Of a DNA stretch of 64,000 nt, positions 13,128 to 22,495 are shown in pieces. A model generated the notes under the pieces. The model was given only the letters and a program-made list of their open reading frames with translations. It had not been told where the DNA came from and ran no database searches. Within the stretch, counting starts at the first letter, position 1, and each line of letters opens with the position of its first letter. This DNA comes from Nitrospirota bacterium (lineage in GTDB: Bacteria; Nitrospirota; UBA9217): assembly GCA_963741205.1 (NCBI GenBank), contig CAVUHW010000028.1:1-64000 (forward strand). The letters are read 5' to 3'. The translations under genes and the position numbers were made by a program.

Positions 13128-13337
13128 TCATTTGACAACGACCGTATGACCTTCGAATTCCACTGCTTGCCCTGTGCGGAGCTTTCGTCGTCTGCGCAAT
13201 TCCACATGACCATCAACCGTGACACGGCCTTCCATGATCGCCGTCTTTGCCGAACCGCCGCTTTCGCACAGCCCCATCACTTTCAACAGATTATCGAGCT
13301 CGATAAATTCCTTGCCTTCCAGCTTAAAGTCGTCCAT
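13128..13337 (-). CDS. S4-like RNA-binding protein (YbcJ/YaaA family)
   Basis: FIELDNLLK..GLCESGGSAK..I.EG.V.VDG.VE.RRRRKL. Confidence 0.88.
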   Translation of the reverse strand: MDDFKLEGKEFIELDNLLKVMGLCESGGSAKTAIMEGRVTVDGHVELRRRRKLRTGQAVEFEGHTVVVK

Positions 13338-13351
13338 GAACTTCGCCGCCT

Positions 13352-13825
13352 CTATTTGATCTTTTCCCCTATGTTTCGAACCGCGGGTTTGTCCAGGGGT
13401 TTCTTGAATTCGGGTTTTGACATCAGTGTCGCAAAATCATTATTTTTGACCGCTTGAATGATCTCCGGGTCCGCAAGAATTTTCTTAAAGTCCGGATCGT
13501 CCTGCAGCCCCTCGATCATGGCCATGATCTCTTTGTCGCTCATCATTCTATCCGTGAGCGACCCTGCCTGCGCTGAGGACGCGCTCTTCGACTGCGAACC
13601 TGAGGAAGTCGGCGTCCTTGACCGGACTACCCGTATTTTCGCTTCCTCGATGCGCAAGGTCCCGAGGCTTTCGGACTTTATCGTGTAGATCCCGCCGGAC
13701 AGCGACTGAACCTCTCCGGTAATAACGCTGCCGTCGTTTAGCTCGATTTCGCGGATTTCTCCAGCAAGCGCAGCCTGGGCCGAAATTGCCAGAACGAATA
13801 GCGCACCTGCCACGATACTTCGCAT
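13352..13825 (-). CDS. exported hypothetical protein
   Basis: signal peptide (..AQAALA), IELNDGSVITGEV beta domain, helical C-terminus; AAGGAG SD abuts the IS right end. Confidence 0.7.
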   Translation of the reverse strand: MRSIVAGALFVLAISAQAALAGEIREIELNDGSVITGEVQSLSGGIYTIKSESLGTLRIEEAKIRVVRSRTPTSSGSQSKSASSAQAGSLTDRMMSDKEIMAMIEGLQDDPDFKKILADPEIIQAVKNNDFATLMSKPEFKKPLDKPAVRNIGEKIK

Positions 13826-13840
13826 AGGGTTCTCCTTATT

Positions 13841-13985
13841 ATGAACTACCCGCCACTGAACCAATTACATGGTTGCAGTGGGGGTTTCACGGATCATAGA
13901 AGCATGCAGTCCCTGAGTAGTTCCCAAGTCCTGTCTTATCTGCTTCTCCCCGCGCGTAACTTCGGCCGGTTCCCGGCCTAGTGTT
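13841..13985 (-). ncRNA. putative TnpB omega/reRNA scaffold, copy 1 (5' boundary uncertain)
   Basis: GGCCGGGAACCGGCC hairpin, GAGAAGCA..TGCTTCT stem, CCCCCACTG..CAGTGGCGGG stem ending TAGTTCA; overlaps tnpB 3' end. Confidence 0.7.
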
Positions 13986-15308
13986 TCCTTCTTCCTTAAC
14001 CGCATGGCGCGTTTGCGATGCTTTACGGCAATTACGCCGGACACAAGCATTTTTATGCCGCGCCTCTTGATAACGAGAGACGCATTGGTATCGGCGTTTT
14101 CCGTAAAGCCACAGCTCTGGCAATCGAACACCGCCTGTGACTGGCGATTGTCCGGGTGAGTGTGCGAACACTTCGAACACTCCTGTGAGGTGCCGTGCGG
14201 CGGTATGGCGATAACGAGCTTGTTGCGTCGCGAGGCTTTGTACGTCGTAAAGAGTTTTACCTTGCCCCACGCTGATTCGAGTATGGACTTGTTGAGACCG
14301 GCCTTGGCCTTTGCCCCGTTCGCAATATACGTCCCGCCGGCTGACTTCTTAGGTTTTGGCGCTCTGGTCATGTTCTTGACCTTGAGGTCCTCGAAGACGA
14401 ACACCTCCGCGGGTGAATCCACGAGCTTGCGGCTGGCCTTATGCGCGAAATCATGCCTCACATTGGCAGCATACAGCCTGGCACCGGGCTGATTTCGCAG
14501 CTGATTGCTTAAAGCGGCCGGATCCTTTGATCCGCCTCGCCAATTGCCTCTGATATCTCTTCTTCCGGGCATCCTTTTTTGCCAGACGCTCTTTTTGGAC
14601 GCCGGAGAAGTCATGCACCGAGCCGTCGCTTGTTGCCAGCGGGATTACAACCCCTCGGTCCATTCCCAGGGTAACGGTATTAAGACTCTCTGATGACATG
14701 CCGCCGTAAAGCTCGAGAAGTTCCTGCTCGCTCAAAACTGTGCCTTGCTTCTCATAGGAGAAGGAGACATACCATTTCCCGGACTCCCGGGTAATGGTGA
14801 TAGCCGCCGGAATTTCGTACTCGTCGTGAGCCTTGAACTTAAGTTCGCCCAGATCGACCGACTTCGTGCCAAGCATCAGCCGGTGCTCATATATTGTTTT
14901 GTCCTGCCGCTGTTTTGAGCCTCCAGTAGGAACGAACCTGAATAGCTCGCTGGTAATCCAGACGGACTGCCGTCCCGCCTTCTTTTTATAAGCAGGGCGA
15001 CCAGCCAGTCCTGTCAGGTACCTCTTGTAGGAGCCCATGAACCTGGTTGCGCCATTCCTTAGGATCTGAGACGGCACATCGTATAAAAACGGAGTGAGTT
15101 CCTTGTCCTTGAACTGGGAGTACTGCTGATCGATCGGCGGCTGTAGTCCGGTTAGCGACAGCGAGTGGTTTCGGAATGTTCGGAAATAACGCTCTTCGGC
15201 AACCTTGGCGTTGTAGATAAACCGCTGGCAGCCCATCCACTGCGCGAGAATATCGGACTGCTCCGTTGTCGGGTAGCAACGGAATTTTATGCCGCTTAAA
15301 ATCGCCAT
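13865..15308 (-). CDS. tnpB: RNA-guided endonuclease TnpB (frameshift near 14475)
   Basis: KFRCYPT HTH, LGMDRG, VFEDL, TSQECSKC..CQSCG zinc finger, NADTNAS. Confidence 0.92.
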
Positions 15309-15803
15309 ATCTCTAATATAGGTGATGAATCCTGATAGTGCAACTCAATAATACGCTGCAGCCATCGGTACTATATTATAAGATTGCATATCGTTTCGTA
15401 GCACAGACAACGCACCAATCCACATCCAAAACAGTCCGCTTGACCCCTCCTGGCGCTTCGCCCCTAGCAGGGGGAATGCGCGGACTTTAGTTCAAAAAAA
15501 AGTGAATTAGCGTTGTCGATAATATCTTCCCTGCCGCCCTTTTCTTCCGGCACGCCAGACAACAATAGCACTCAGGAGGAGAAAAGGTCAAGGGGATTGA
15601 GTGGCAGGACTTTACTGTTCGCATCAGCCGCGAGGTAACGTCAATTGTCAAGCCGCAAGACCTATCGCTTCCAATCGGTGACCACAGGACGTTTGAGTAC
15701 TTTTGTTGCATTGATGTTATTTCAGGCGGTGCTATCTTTTAATCAGAAGTGTTGCGCATCAAGGGCCGCATCGCGCTCAATTGAGTAAAAAGGAGATGAG
15801 GAT

Positions 15804-16466
15804 ATGAAAATAAATAAAATCGGTATCGTGGGATCAGGTAATATCGGGGGCACTCTTGGAATTCTGCTCGCAAAGGCAGGATACGAAATCTTCTATAGCT
15901 CACGACACCCGGATACTCTCAAAGACCTTGCCAGGACCGCCGGGCCCAAAGCCCGCACCGGGTCCGTTGCTGAAGCAATCGCATTTGGAGATGTGATCGT
16001 GCTGTCGCTTCCGTTGAAGGCGTTGCCGGAGCTTGACGCTGAGAAAAAGAAAGCCCTGAAAGGCAAGATCGTGATTGACACGTCGAATCCTTACCCGGAA
16101 AGGGACGGGGTGATCGCAGAAGAGGCAAGAAAAGAACCGGGCGGCATGGGCGTCTTTGTGTCCCGTCTTCTGCCGGGCGCCAGAATAGTACGGGCATTCA
16201 ATACGGTTTATTTTAAAGACCTCAAAAAAACAACGAACAAAAGCGGTGAAAAGATCGGGATCCCGATAGCCAGCGACGATCAGGAGGGATTGAAAGCGTG
16301 CGTCGAGCTTGTGGAGCGTGCGGGTCTTGACCCTGTTGTCGTCGGGAGCTTGAGCACATCGAAATTGTTCGATGTTGGAGCAGCCGTGTATGCAACGAGC
16401 GCCCCGGCAAAAGAGATCAAAGAAAAACTAAACTTAAAACCCGCGGGGTCAAAGCGTGCGGCGTAG
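15804..16466 (+). CDS. NADPH-dependent F420 reductase-like dinucleotide-binding oxidoreductase
   Basis: IGIVGSGNIG, GKIVIDTSNP, IVRAFNT, ASDD. Confidence 0.85.
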   Translation: MKINKIGIVGSGNIGGTLGILLAKAGYEIFYSSRHPDTLKDLARTAGPKARTGSVAEAIAFGDVIVLSLPLKALPELDAEKKKALKGKIVIDTSNPYPERDGVIAEEARKEPGGMGVFVSRLLPGARIVRAFNTVYFKDLKKTTNKSGEKIGIPIASDDQEGLKACVELVERAGLDPVVVGSLSTSKLFDVGAAVYATSAPAKEIKEKLNLKPAGSKRAA

Positions 16467-16609
16467 CCGGCTCGAACAGCGTCGCGGAATGGGTCTGTGA
16501 AAGCTTCACCTTATCCTTGAGGAAAAGAGATAATTCTGCCGTTAAAGACCTAAGAGGTGCAATCGACATCCCGCCACCTGAGAGGGTTCTTCGTGCGGCA
16601 TCCTGGGCC

Positions 16610-17614
16610 TCATCGTGCGATGTAATCGGCAAGATCGAGCAGGCGCCGCGCATAACCGTATTCGTTGTCATACCAGACAAACGCCTTGACCACCCGGTCC
16701 GTAAGGACCTTGGTGGCGTTGGCGTCCAGGATGCCCGAATGTTCGTCCCCGATAATATCGGCGGACACCAACTCATCCTCTGTGTATCCCAGGATGCCCC
16801 TCATGTCTCCCTCTGAAGCCCTTTTAAATACCGCGTTCACCATCTCAGAGGTCACGTCTTGTTTCACATGGGCCGTGATGTCGGTGAGTGAGCCGTTGGC
16901 AACGGGCACGCGCACCGCTATGGCGGATATTCTCCCCTTGAGTTCGGGAAGCACCCGCTCCGTGGCCGTGGCGGCCCCGGTGCTGGATGGTATCAGCGAG
17001 ACAGCGGCAGCCCGTCCCCGTCGCCTGTGCCGCGGGGAAGAGCTGTCTATGAGGGCCTGGCTGGCGGTATAGGCATGGATTGTCGTGGCCATCAGGTAAT
17101 CGATGCCGAAGGCGTCATTCAGTACCTTGACGGCCGTTGCCAGACAGTTCGTCGTACAGGAAGCGTTGGAGAGGATATGGTGTTTTTGAGGGTTGTAGGC
17201 TTTCTCGTTCACTCCCAGGACCACGGTCAGATCTTCGTTTTTCGCTTCAGCGCTGATAATGACTTTCGACGCGCCGGCTGTCAAGTGTTTGGCTGCGTCT
17301 TCCCTCTTTAAGAAAAGTCCGGTGCATTCCAGGACGATGTCAACGCCCAAAGCCCGCCAGGGTAATTTTTCAGGGTCCCTTTCATGGGAGATTGCCACTC
17401 TCGTAGACCCGAGTTGGAGATAGTCCGATCCTGTTTTTATGTCGAAGGGGGCCCGTCCGTGGACAGAATCGTATTTGATAAGATAGGCGAGCTCTTCAAC
17501 CGGGGCCGGGCTGTTGGCCGCAACTAAGATCACATGCTCCGGTGTGTTTGATAGATACTGGCGCAAGGCCAGGCGTCCGATGCGTCCAAGGCCATTAATG
17601 GCGATTTTTTTCAT
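16610..17614 (-). CDS. gap: type I glyceraldehyde-3-phosphate dehydrogenase (divergent paralogue)
   Basis: AINGLGRIGR, YDSVHG, SNASCTTNCLA, HAYT, RVPV, WYDNE. Confidence 0.93.
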   Translation of the reverse strand: MKKIAINGLGRIGRLALRQYLSNTPEHVILVAANSPAPVEELAYLIKYDSVHGRAPFDIKTGSDYLQLGSTRVAISHERDPEKLPWRALGVDIVLECTGLFLKREDAAKHLTAGASKVIISAEAKNEDLTVVLGVNEKAYNPQKHHILSNASCTTNCLATAVKVLNDAFGIDYLMATTIHAYTASQALIDSSSPRHRRRGRAAAVSLIPSSTGAATATERVLPELKGRISAIAVRVPVANGSLTDITAHVKQDVTSEMVNAVFKRASEGDMRGILGYTEDELVSADIIGDEHSGILDANATKVLTDRVVKAFVWYDNEYGYARRLLDLADYIAR

Positions 17615-17705
17615 GAAGGGCCTCCTCATAGCACTCCGTTCACATTTCAACGAAAAGACCTAAAGGAAGTCATGGCCGTTTCTTCCCCAACCTCCTGCAA
17701 GCCGG

Positions 17706-18107
17706 TTAAACGCTCCAGTCCACAATTTTCAGATTCTTTATTTGCTTAAACTCTTTGGTATTATTGGTAACGAGGGTCGCGCCAAGCGCGTGAGCGTGCG
17801 CTCCGATCAGCATGTCCATCGACCCGATGGGCTTTCCTGCTCTTTCGAGCTCCGCCCGGATTGCTCCATATTCCTGAGCCGCCTTTTCATCGAAGTCCGC
17901 GATTTCAAGGGGGAGAATGAACTCATCGAGGGCTTGCTGGTTTTTCTCGACGTGCCGGCTCTTGGATACACCATAGCGAAGTTCCGCAAGGGTTATGGAA
18001 GAAATGCCGATATCGCCAATAGCATGAGATTTAAAATGCTTAAGCACTTTGGCGGGATTTTGTTTGATGAGGTAAATGCAGATATTCGTATCCAGCATGT
18101 ACTTCAC
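17706..18107 (-). CDS. vapC: VapC PIN-domain toxin
   Basis: YMLDTNICIY, ITLAELRYG, IGSMDMLIGAHA, LVTNNTKEF. Confidence 0.95.
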   Translation of the reverse strand: MKYMLDTNICIYLIKQNPAKVLKHFKSHAIGDIGISSITLAELRYGVSKSRHVEKNQQALDEFILPLEIADFDEKAAQEYGAIRAELERAGKPIGSMDMLIGAHAHALGATLVTNNTKEFKQIKNLKIVDWSV

Positions 18108-18334
18108 TAAAAGTCCTCCCTTTTCTGCATCTTCGGTTGCTTTCTTTCAACCATGAAGTCATCGGAGAATTTGTCGAGGCTGTGAATCAGGGTATCCCAT
18201 GAGTTCTTTGTCGGGATCAGCACCACGACGTTCCCCGATTTCTTAACGAACACATGGTCGTCCTCGAAACGGAATTCCTTGGGCAGACGGACTGCCTGGC
18301 TTTGTCCGTTTTGGAACAGTTTTGCGGTCTTCAT
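18107..18334 (-). CDS. vapB: VapB/VagC AbrB-type antitoxin
   Basis: MKTAKLFQNGQSQAVRLPKEFRF; overlaps vapC start. Confidence 0.95.
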   Translation of the reverse strand: MKTAKLFQNGQSQAVRLPKEFRFEDDHVFVKKSGNVVVLIPTKNSWDTLIHSLDKFSDDFMVERKQPKMQKREDF

Positions 18335-18345
18335 TACGCACCTCC

Positions 18346-18358
18346 GTATAGTCTATAC
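18346..18358. promoter_or_regulatory. probable VapBC operator
   Basis: GTATAG-T-CTATAC palindrome immediately upstream of the vapB SD. Confidence 0.5.
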
Positions 18359-18579
18359 CAATAATATATACTAGTTGACGCCGGATTGCAAAGGGTTTTT
18401 CGGTGATTGCAGCAAGATCAGTTGGCAACGTACAAAGTCTAACAATAAGGACCTGACCCCATCGCTTCGAAACAACATTCCCTATCAATCTGAACCTGTG
18501 AAGTGCCGAACCGTGGAGGGTCGTGGTATAATTTAAATATACTTGAATCATCTTTGCTTGAAGGGAGGATGGCATTTTA

Positions 18580-18849
18580 ATGAAAGGTATGCTTCCTGCG
18601 TTTTATCCGAAACGGCTTCCCGTCTATCTCGTCGTTGCACCGATCGCCGTTTCCTTAAACACGGGCACAAGTGAGGCGATGTTCATGCCCGCAGCTCCTC
18701 AGACCCAGTCGGCTCCGCTCGTTGACCGGGCGTCCGATCTGACCAAAATTCAGAAGGCGCAGACCGTTGCAGAGAAGGCCAATGTCAACAGTAAAGACCT
18801 GAGCCTAAGTTCCACTCTCAGGTACGGTAAGGCAAAGGTGAGGGAATGA
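18580..18849 (+). pseudogene. truncated exported-protein fragment (PA2779-like N-terminus)
   Basis: signal-like start and DRASDLTKIQ, then runs into the 34-bp repeat at 18776. Confidence 0.35.
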
Positions 18850-19406
18850 GAAATATATTATTCATAGCATTACTCATTACTATTTTCCCGAACGGTGCAA
18901 AAGTTCAGGCGGCGGATTGGAAATTTTATGGAAGCAGCGATCTGTCAGAGAGCGAATCCGTGATCGCGTATTATGATGCTGAGAGCATTGAACGTTTATC
19001 TGATGGTCATGTTAGGGCGTGGACTAAAACTATTAGCCTATCGGAAGTAGAAAGGATAATGAAAGTAGAAGAGGTTTCCAAAAAAGCAGAACGCAAGATC
19101 AAAGCCGGATATGGCCCTCCTTATATTTTATCGAACCCTAACCCCAAACCAAGTTTTGAAAATAACATGACAATAGTAGTGTGGGAAGAAGCGGCTAATT
19201 ATGATGTAATCAAATCAAAAACAAAAGCGTCTTATGAATTAGACTGCAAGGAAAATAAGATCCGAATTCTTTCAATTCCCGGTTATAAAAATGAAGGCGG
19301 GCCGGAAACCAGGCCAAAGATTGACGAGTGGACCTCAATTAGTCCAAAATCTAATGCTGAAACACTCAAGAATATTCTATGCAGGCAACGGGACAGGATT
19401 AAATAA
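18846..19406 (+). CDS. exported protein, surface-adhesin E-like
   Basis: signal peptide, ADWKFYG, YYDAESI, VRAWTK, ELDC, W..I.P.S..E.L...LC. Confidence 0.7.
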   Translation: MRNILFIALLITIFPNGAKVQAADWKFYGSSDLSESESVIAYYDAESIERLSDGHVRAWTKTISLSEVERIMKVEEVSKKAERKIKAGYGPPYILSNPNPKPSFENNMTIVVWEEAANYDVIKSKTKASYELDCKENKIRILSIPGYKNEGGPETRPKIDEWTSISPKSNAETLKNILCRQRDRIK

Positions 19407-19469
19407 GATTGATAGGCACCACTACGTCCGGTTTCTTCATGAACTCCCTCCGCGACCGTCGCGCCTCCG

Positions 19470-19612
19470 TGTGAACCCAAATCCCCCACTATCTCCCTGT
19501 ACTGCTCCAATGCCGCTTCCAGATCTTCAACAATCTCCTGCGCGATGACGTCGAGATAGGAGAGGTTGTCGGAGGCTTCGAGGGATTCGTCTTTGGGCCA
19601 GAAGATGTCGAC
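19470..19612 (-). pseudogene. hsdM: type I RM methyltransferase HsdM C-terminal remnant, short copy
   Basis: DIFWPKDESLEASDNL..DVIAQEIVEDLEAALEQYREIVGDLG, near-duplicate of 20430-20572. Confidence 0.7.
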
Positions 19613-19717
19613 CTGACTAACTTCCTTCCAGCAGGAAAAGAGGCCAAAGTCAACAGTAAAGACCTGCCCCTAAGATGTTCCGGTTGACTACAGGTCCAGT
19701 AAAGTATTCCGCCGGCT

Positions 19718-19912
19718 TTATGAGAGAATCAATTGTACACGCCCTACTGCCCCGCTTTCCAGGCGCACTTTGATCCCGTGGGGATGAGTGGAAGAATTCG
19801 TCAGGATCTCGGCGACGATTCCCTCTGTCATGTTTCCAGTCTGTTGGTCCTGCTTCAACAGGATTTTAACGCGCAATCCTGGCCTGATGTCGGCACGCCT
19901 CGTTCCATCCAT
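19718..19912 (-). CDS. YwbE family protein
   Basis: LKQDQ.TG..TEG.V..ILT.S..HPHGIKVRLESG.VGRV. Confidence 0.88.
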   Translation of the reverse strand: MDGTRRADIRPGLRVKILLKQDQQTGNMTEGIVAEILTNSSTHPHGIKVRLESGAVGRVQLILS

Positions 19913-19985
19913 AGTCCACCTTTTGGGTCGCCCATGTAAAGGGCACCATCCAGATCAGCTGATTCGTAATCCTGAGATGTTCCCC

Positions 19986-20270
19986 TTAAGCGGTTCCCAA
20001 CGGCTGCACTAACTTCCCCTTTGTGTTTCCTTTTTTAATTGGTCCTTTTTTTATCTTACCGGCGTTAACTGCTAAACCTTCAATAGTCGATTCTCGTTTG
20101 GCAACAATGGTGGTTTGATCGCTCGTTGACATCTGCTTGAGTTCTTGGAGCAACTGACGTGCCTGTCCAATCTGCTCCATGGAGTCAGAAATGGATTTCT
20201 GTTGAATCGACAATTTTGTCCCATCGATTAAAGAATCTATGGCAACTCTTATCCGTAAAAATTCTTGCAT
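19986..20270 (-). CDS. hypothetical helical protein
   Basis: 94-aa ORF with AAGGAGAGAGG SD. Confidence 0.55.
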   Translation of the reverse strand: MQEFLRIRVAIDSLIDGTKLSIQQKSISDSMEQIGQARQLLQELKQMSTSDQTTIVAKRESTIEGLAVNAGKIKKGPIKKGNTKGKLVQPLGTA

Positions 20271-20403
20271 AGTATCACCCTCTCTCCTTTTTAAATAGTA
20301 ACGCTCGTATTCTACGGCATGTTGTCGGTAAAAGCTCGTGAAAAGAGCAAGTCAAACATTAAAGACCCTACCCTCAATCCTCCCCAGATCAGCTGACTCT
20401 TAA

Positions 20404-20928
20404 TCAGCGGGTAGTCTTTTCAACCTTTGAATCGCCCAAATCCACGACAATCTCCCTGAACTGCTCCAACGCCGCTTCCAGGTCTTCCACGATCTCCTGG
20501 GCGATGACATCGGGATCGGGGAGGTTGTCGGAGGCTTCGAGGGATTCGTCCTTGAGCCAGAAGATGTCGAGGCTGGCCTTGTCGCGGCTCACGAGCTCAT
20601 CGTAGTTATATGACCGCCAGCGGCCTTCATTACCAACCCCCTCTCCCCTTGCGGGAGAGGGTTGGGGTGAGGGGGCGTTTTGCTTCTTCTTTCCCTTCTC
20701 CGTCATTCCGGCCTCCGAGCCGGAATCCAGTTCAGGCTTCCAAGTCGCCTTGCGCTGGTGCCGGTTCTCAGGGATTGTAGTTCTTCACAAACTCGTCGAG
20801 GTCAGTGCGCTGGAGGGAGCTCGTCTTGAGCGTGAAGTGCATGTTCGTGCGGAGGTAGTAGATCCAGAGCTTCTTGGTCCAGGGCGTTTCGCTTGCCGGC
20901 TTTTTATCGAAGAACAGCACGTTCGCCT
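20404..20928 (-). pseudogene. hsdM: HsdM C-terminal remnant with in-frame palindromic insertions
   Basis: ANVLFFDKKPASETPWTKKLWIY.LRTNMHFTLK..EGRWRSY..RDKASLDIFWLKDESLE..LPDPDVIAQEIVEDLEAALEQF; no N-terminus. Confidence 0.8.
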
Positions 20929-21147
20929 GAGAGGGACGAGTGAGGAAGATAGCCGGCCCGCCTGGAGGCCAACGCCATGATTTCAGAAGACTTTACTCTA
21001 CTTGCCTCCAAAGGGCAAGAAAAGAAATGGGGGATATTCGGGTATACATCTATTGCAAATTTTGAATTGCGGATAGCGGATTTACCGGCTATTGCGTGAT
21101 GGTGCTCTTGAAATGCTGACTAAGAATATCGGCGAGCGGATTGACGA

Positions 21148-22057
21148 CTAGGAAATGGGCGATTTGATGGGGTATACCTTAAGGAAGTTCAGGAATTCCT
21201 TGGCCGTATGGGTGCAGTAATTGCGCTTCGGCGAGATGATGCTGAAGTTCCGGTGGAACTTGACGTCCTTGAACGTGAGGGCCTTGAGGGTGCCGTGCTT
21301 GATCGCCTGACGGGCCGCCCAGGCGGACAGGATGGAGACGCCCATGCCCTCCTCCACCGCGCTCTTGATGGATTCGGTGCTGCCCAGGACGAGCGAGATC
21401 CGGAGGTGGTCCAGCTTGATGCCGTGGTCCTCGAGATGTTTCAGAATGACCTGGCGCGTGCCTGACCCCTCTTCCCGCATGATGAGCGGTTCCTTGATCA
21501 GTTCCATGGCCGGGATATTTCTTCGCTCCGCCCAGGGATGGGCGGGGGACATGATCACGACCAGTTCGTCGGAAAGCAGGATATCGACGGCTGAATCGCT
21601 GTTTGCTCACGTCTCCCTCCACCAGGGCGATATCGATTTCTCCGGCGTTCAGCTTTTCGGTGATCGTCTTCGTATTGCTCACGAGGAGAGAGATATTGAC
21701 CTGGGGGACCTTTTTCTTGAACGCGGAGATGATCTGGGGAAGAAGATAGTTGCCGATCGTCGAACTGGCGCCGATGGAGAGGGACCCTTTGATGGAGCCC
21801 GTGATTTCGCTGATGTTCTTCTGCGCCTCGGCGTACAGGGCAAGGATTTCCTTGGCCCGCTTGTAGAGGATCTCGCCGGCCGGGGTGAGGTTGATGGAGT
21901 TCCCCGAGCGGTCGAAGAGACGCGTCTCGTAGAGTTCCTCCATGGCCTGCACCTGGAGGCTCACCGCGGGCTGGGTCAGATGGATAAGCTCCGAGGCCTT
22001 GGAAAAGCTCTTCGTATCCGCAACAGCGCAGAACACTCTTAGTTTATGGTCTTCCAT
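21148..22057 (-). CDS. LysR family regulator (CysL/YeiE-like; frameshift near 21590)
   Basis: SFSKASELIHLTQPAVSLQ, GASSTIGNY.LP, MREEGSGTR, STESIKSAV. Confidence 0.92.
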
Positions 22058-22225
22058 CGTTTCGTTAGGTGCTGCTGCAGACGGGGTTAATTCGTATGGA
22101 CTTTCAATAAGTTCCGAAGACTCCAACGTATGTCTTATATATAAATCAAACACCTGCCGTTGTCAAGGGGATTGTCGATAAACGCCCTGCACCGCACGCC
22201 TGCTGACGCGGTAATCAAAATTTTC

Positions 22226-22253
22226 TTGACATTTTCTCATTTACGGTTACAAT
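22226..22253 (+). promoter_or_regulatory. sigma70-type promoter of the small Zn-ribbon gene
   Basis: TTGACA-16nt-TACAAT. Confidence 0.6.
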
Positions 22254-22292
22254 GCACAGGTTTTCGCGATATTCCCCGGAGGTGAATCAACC

Positions 22293-22466
22293 ATGGCAGA
22301 AATGAGTAAAACCGCAAAAGCAGCCACCAAGAAGGCCATTGTCAATCTGAACGTGCCTCAGTGCTGCGGAAAGCCGATGCAGGCGGCGAAGATGATGACG
22401 ACGACCGGCAAAGTCCGCGGCATGATGTGGCTGTGCGATAAGTGCTGGAAAGAAAAAGCCATCTGA
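22293..22466 (+). CDS. 57-aa basic Cys-containing (Zn-ribbon-like) protein, absent from ORF track
   Basis: GGAGGTG SD; MAEMSKTAKAATKKAIVNLNVPQCCGKPMQAAKMMTTTGKVRGMMWLCDKCWKEKAI*. Confidence 0.75.
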   Translation: MAEMSKTAKAATKKAIVNLNVPQCCGKPMQAAKMMTTTGKVRGMMWLCDKCWKEKAI

Positions 22467-22495
22467 AATCCGGCCTACGATCCGATTTGCACCAG

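Larger units (their letters stand above)
13841..15490 (-). mobile_element. IS200/IS605-family tnpB-only (IS1341-type) element, copy 1
   Basis: similarity to copy 2 starts at atgaactacccg and stops at tttagttcaa; subterminal hairpins; no tnpA, no target duplication. Confidence 0.88.

Noticed and set aside
13865-15308. Nuclease-dead, domesticated TnpB (TldR-like) regulator
   Set aside because: The RuvC D-E-D triad is intact, transposon ends are present, and the guides are simply the different flanks
18437-20373. CRISPR array
   Set aside because: Repeats are few, degenerate and hundreds of bp apart; no cas genes; no regular repeat-spacer array seen anywhere in the window
19950-20412. Functional tRNA-Lys(CTT) or tRNA-Thr(CGT) genes
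   Set aside because: Only anticodon arms are present; no acceptor stem or T arm
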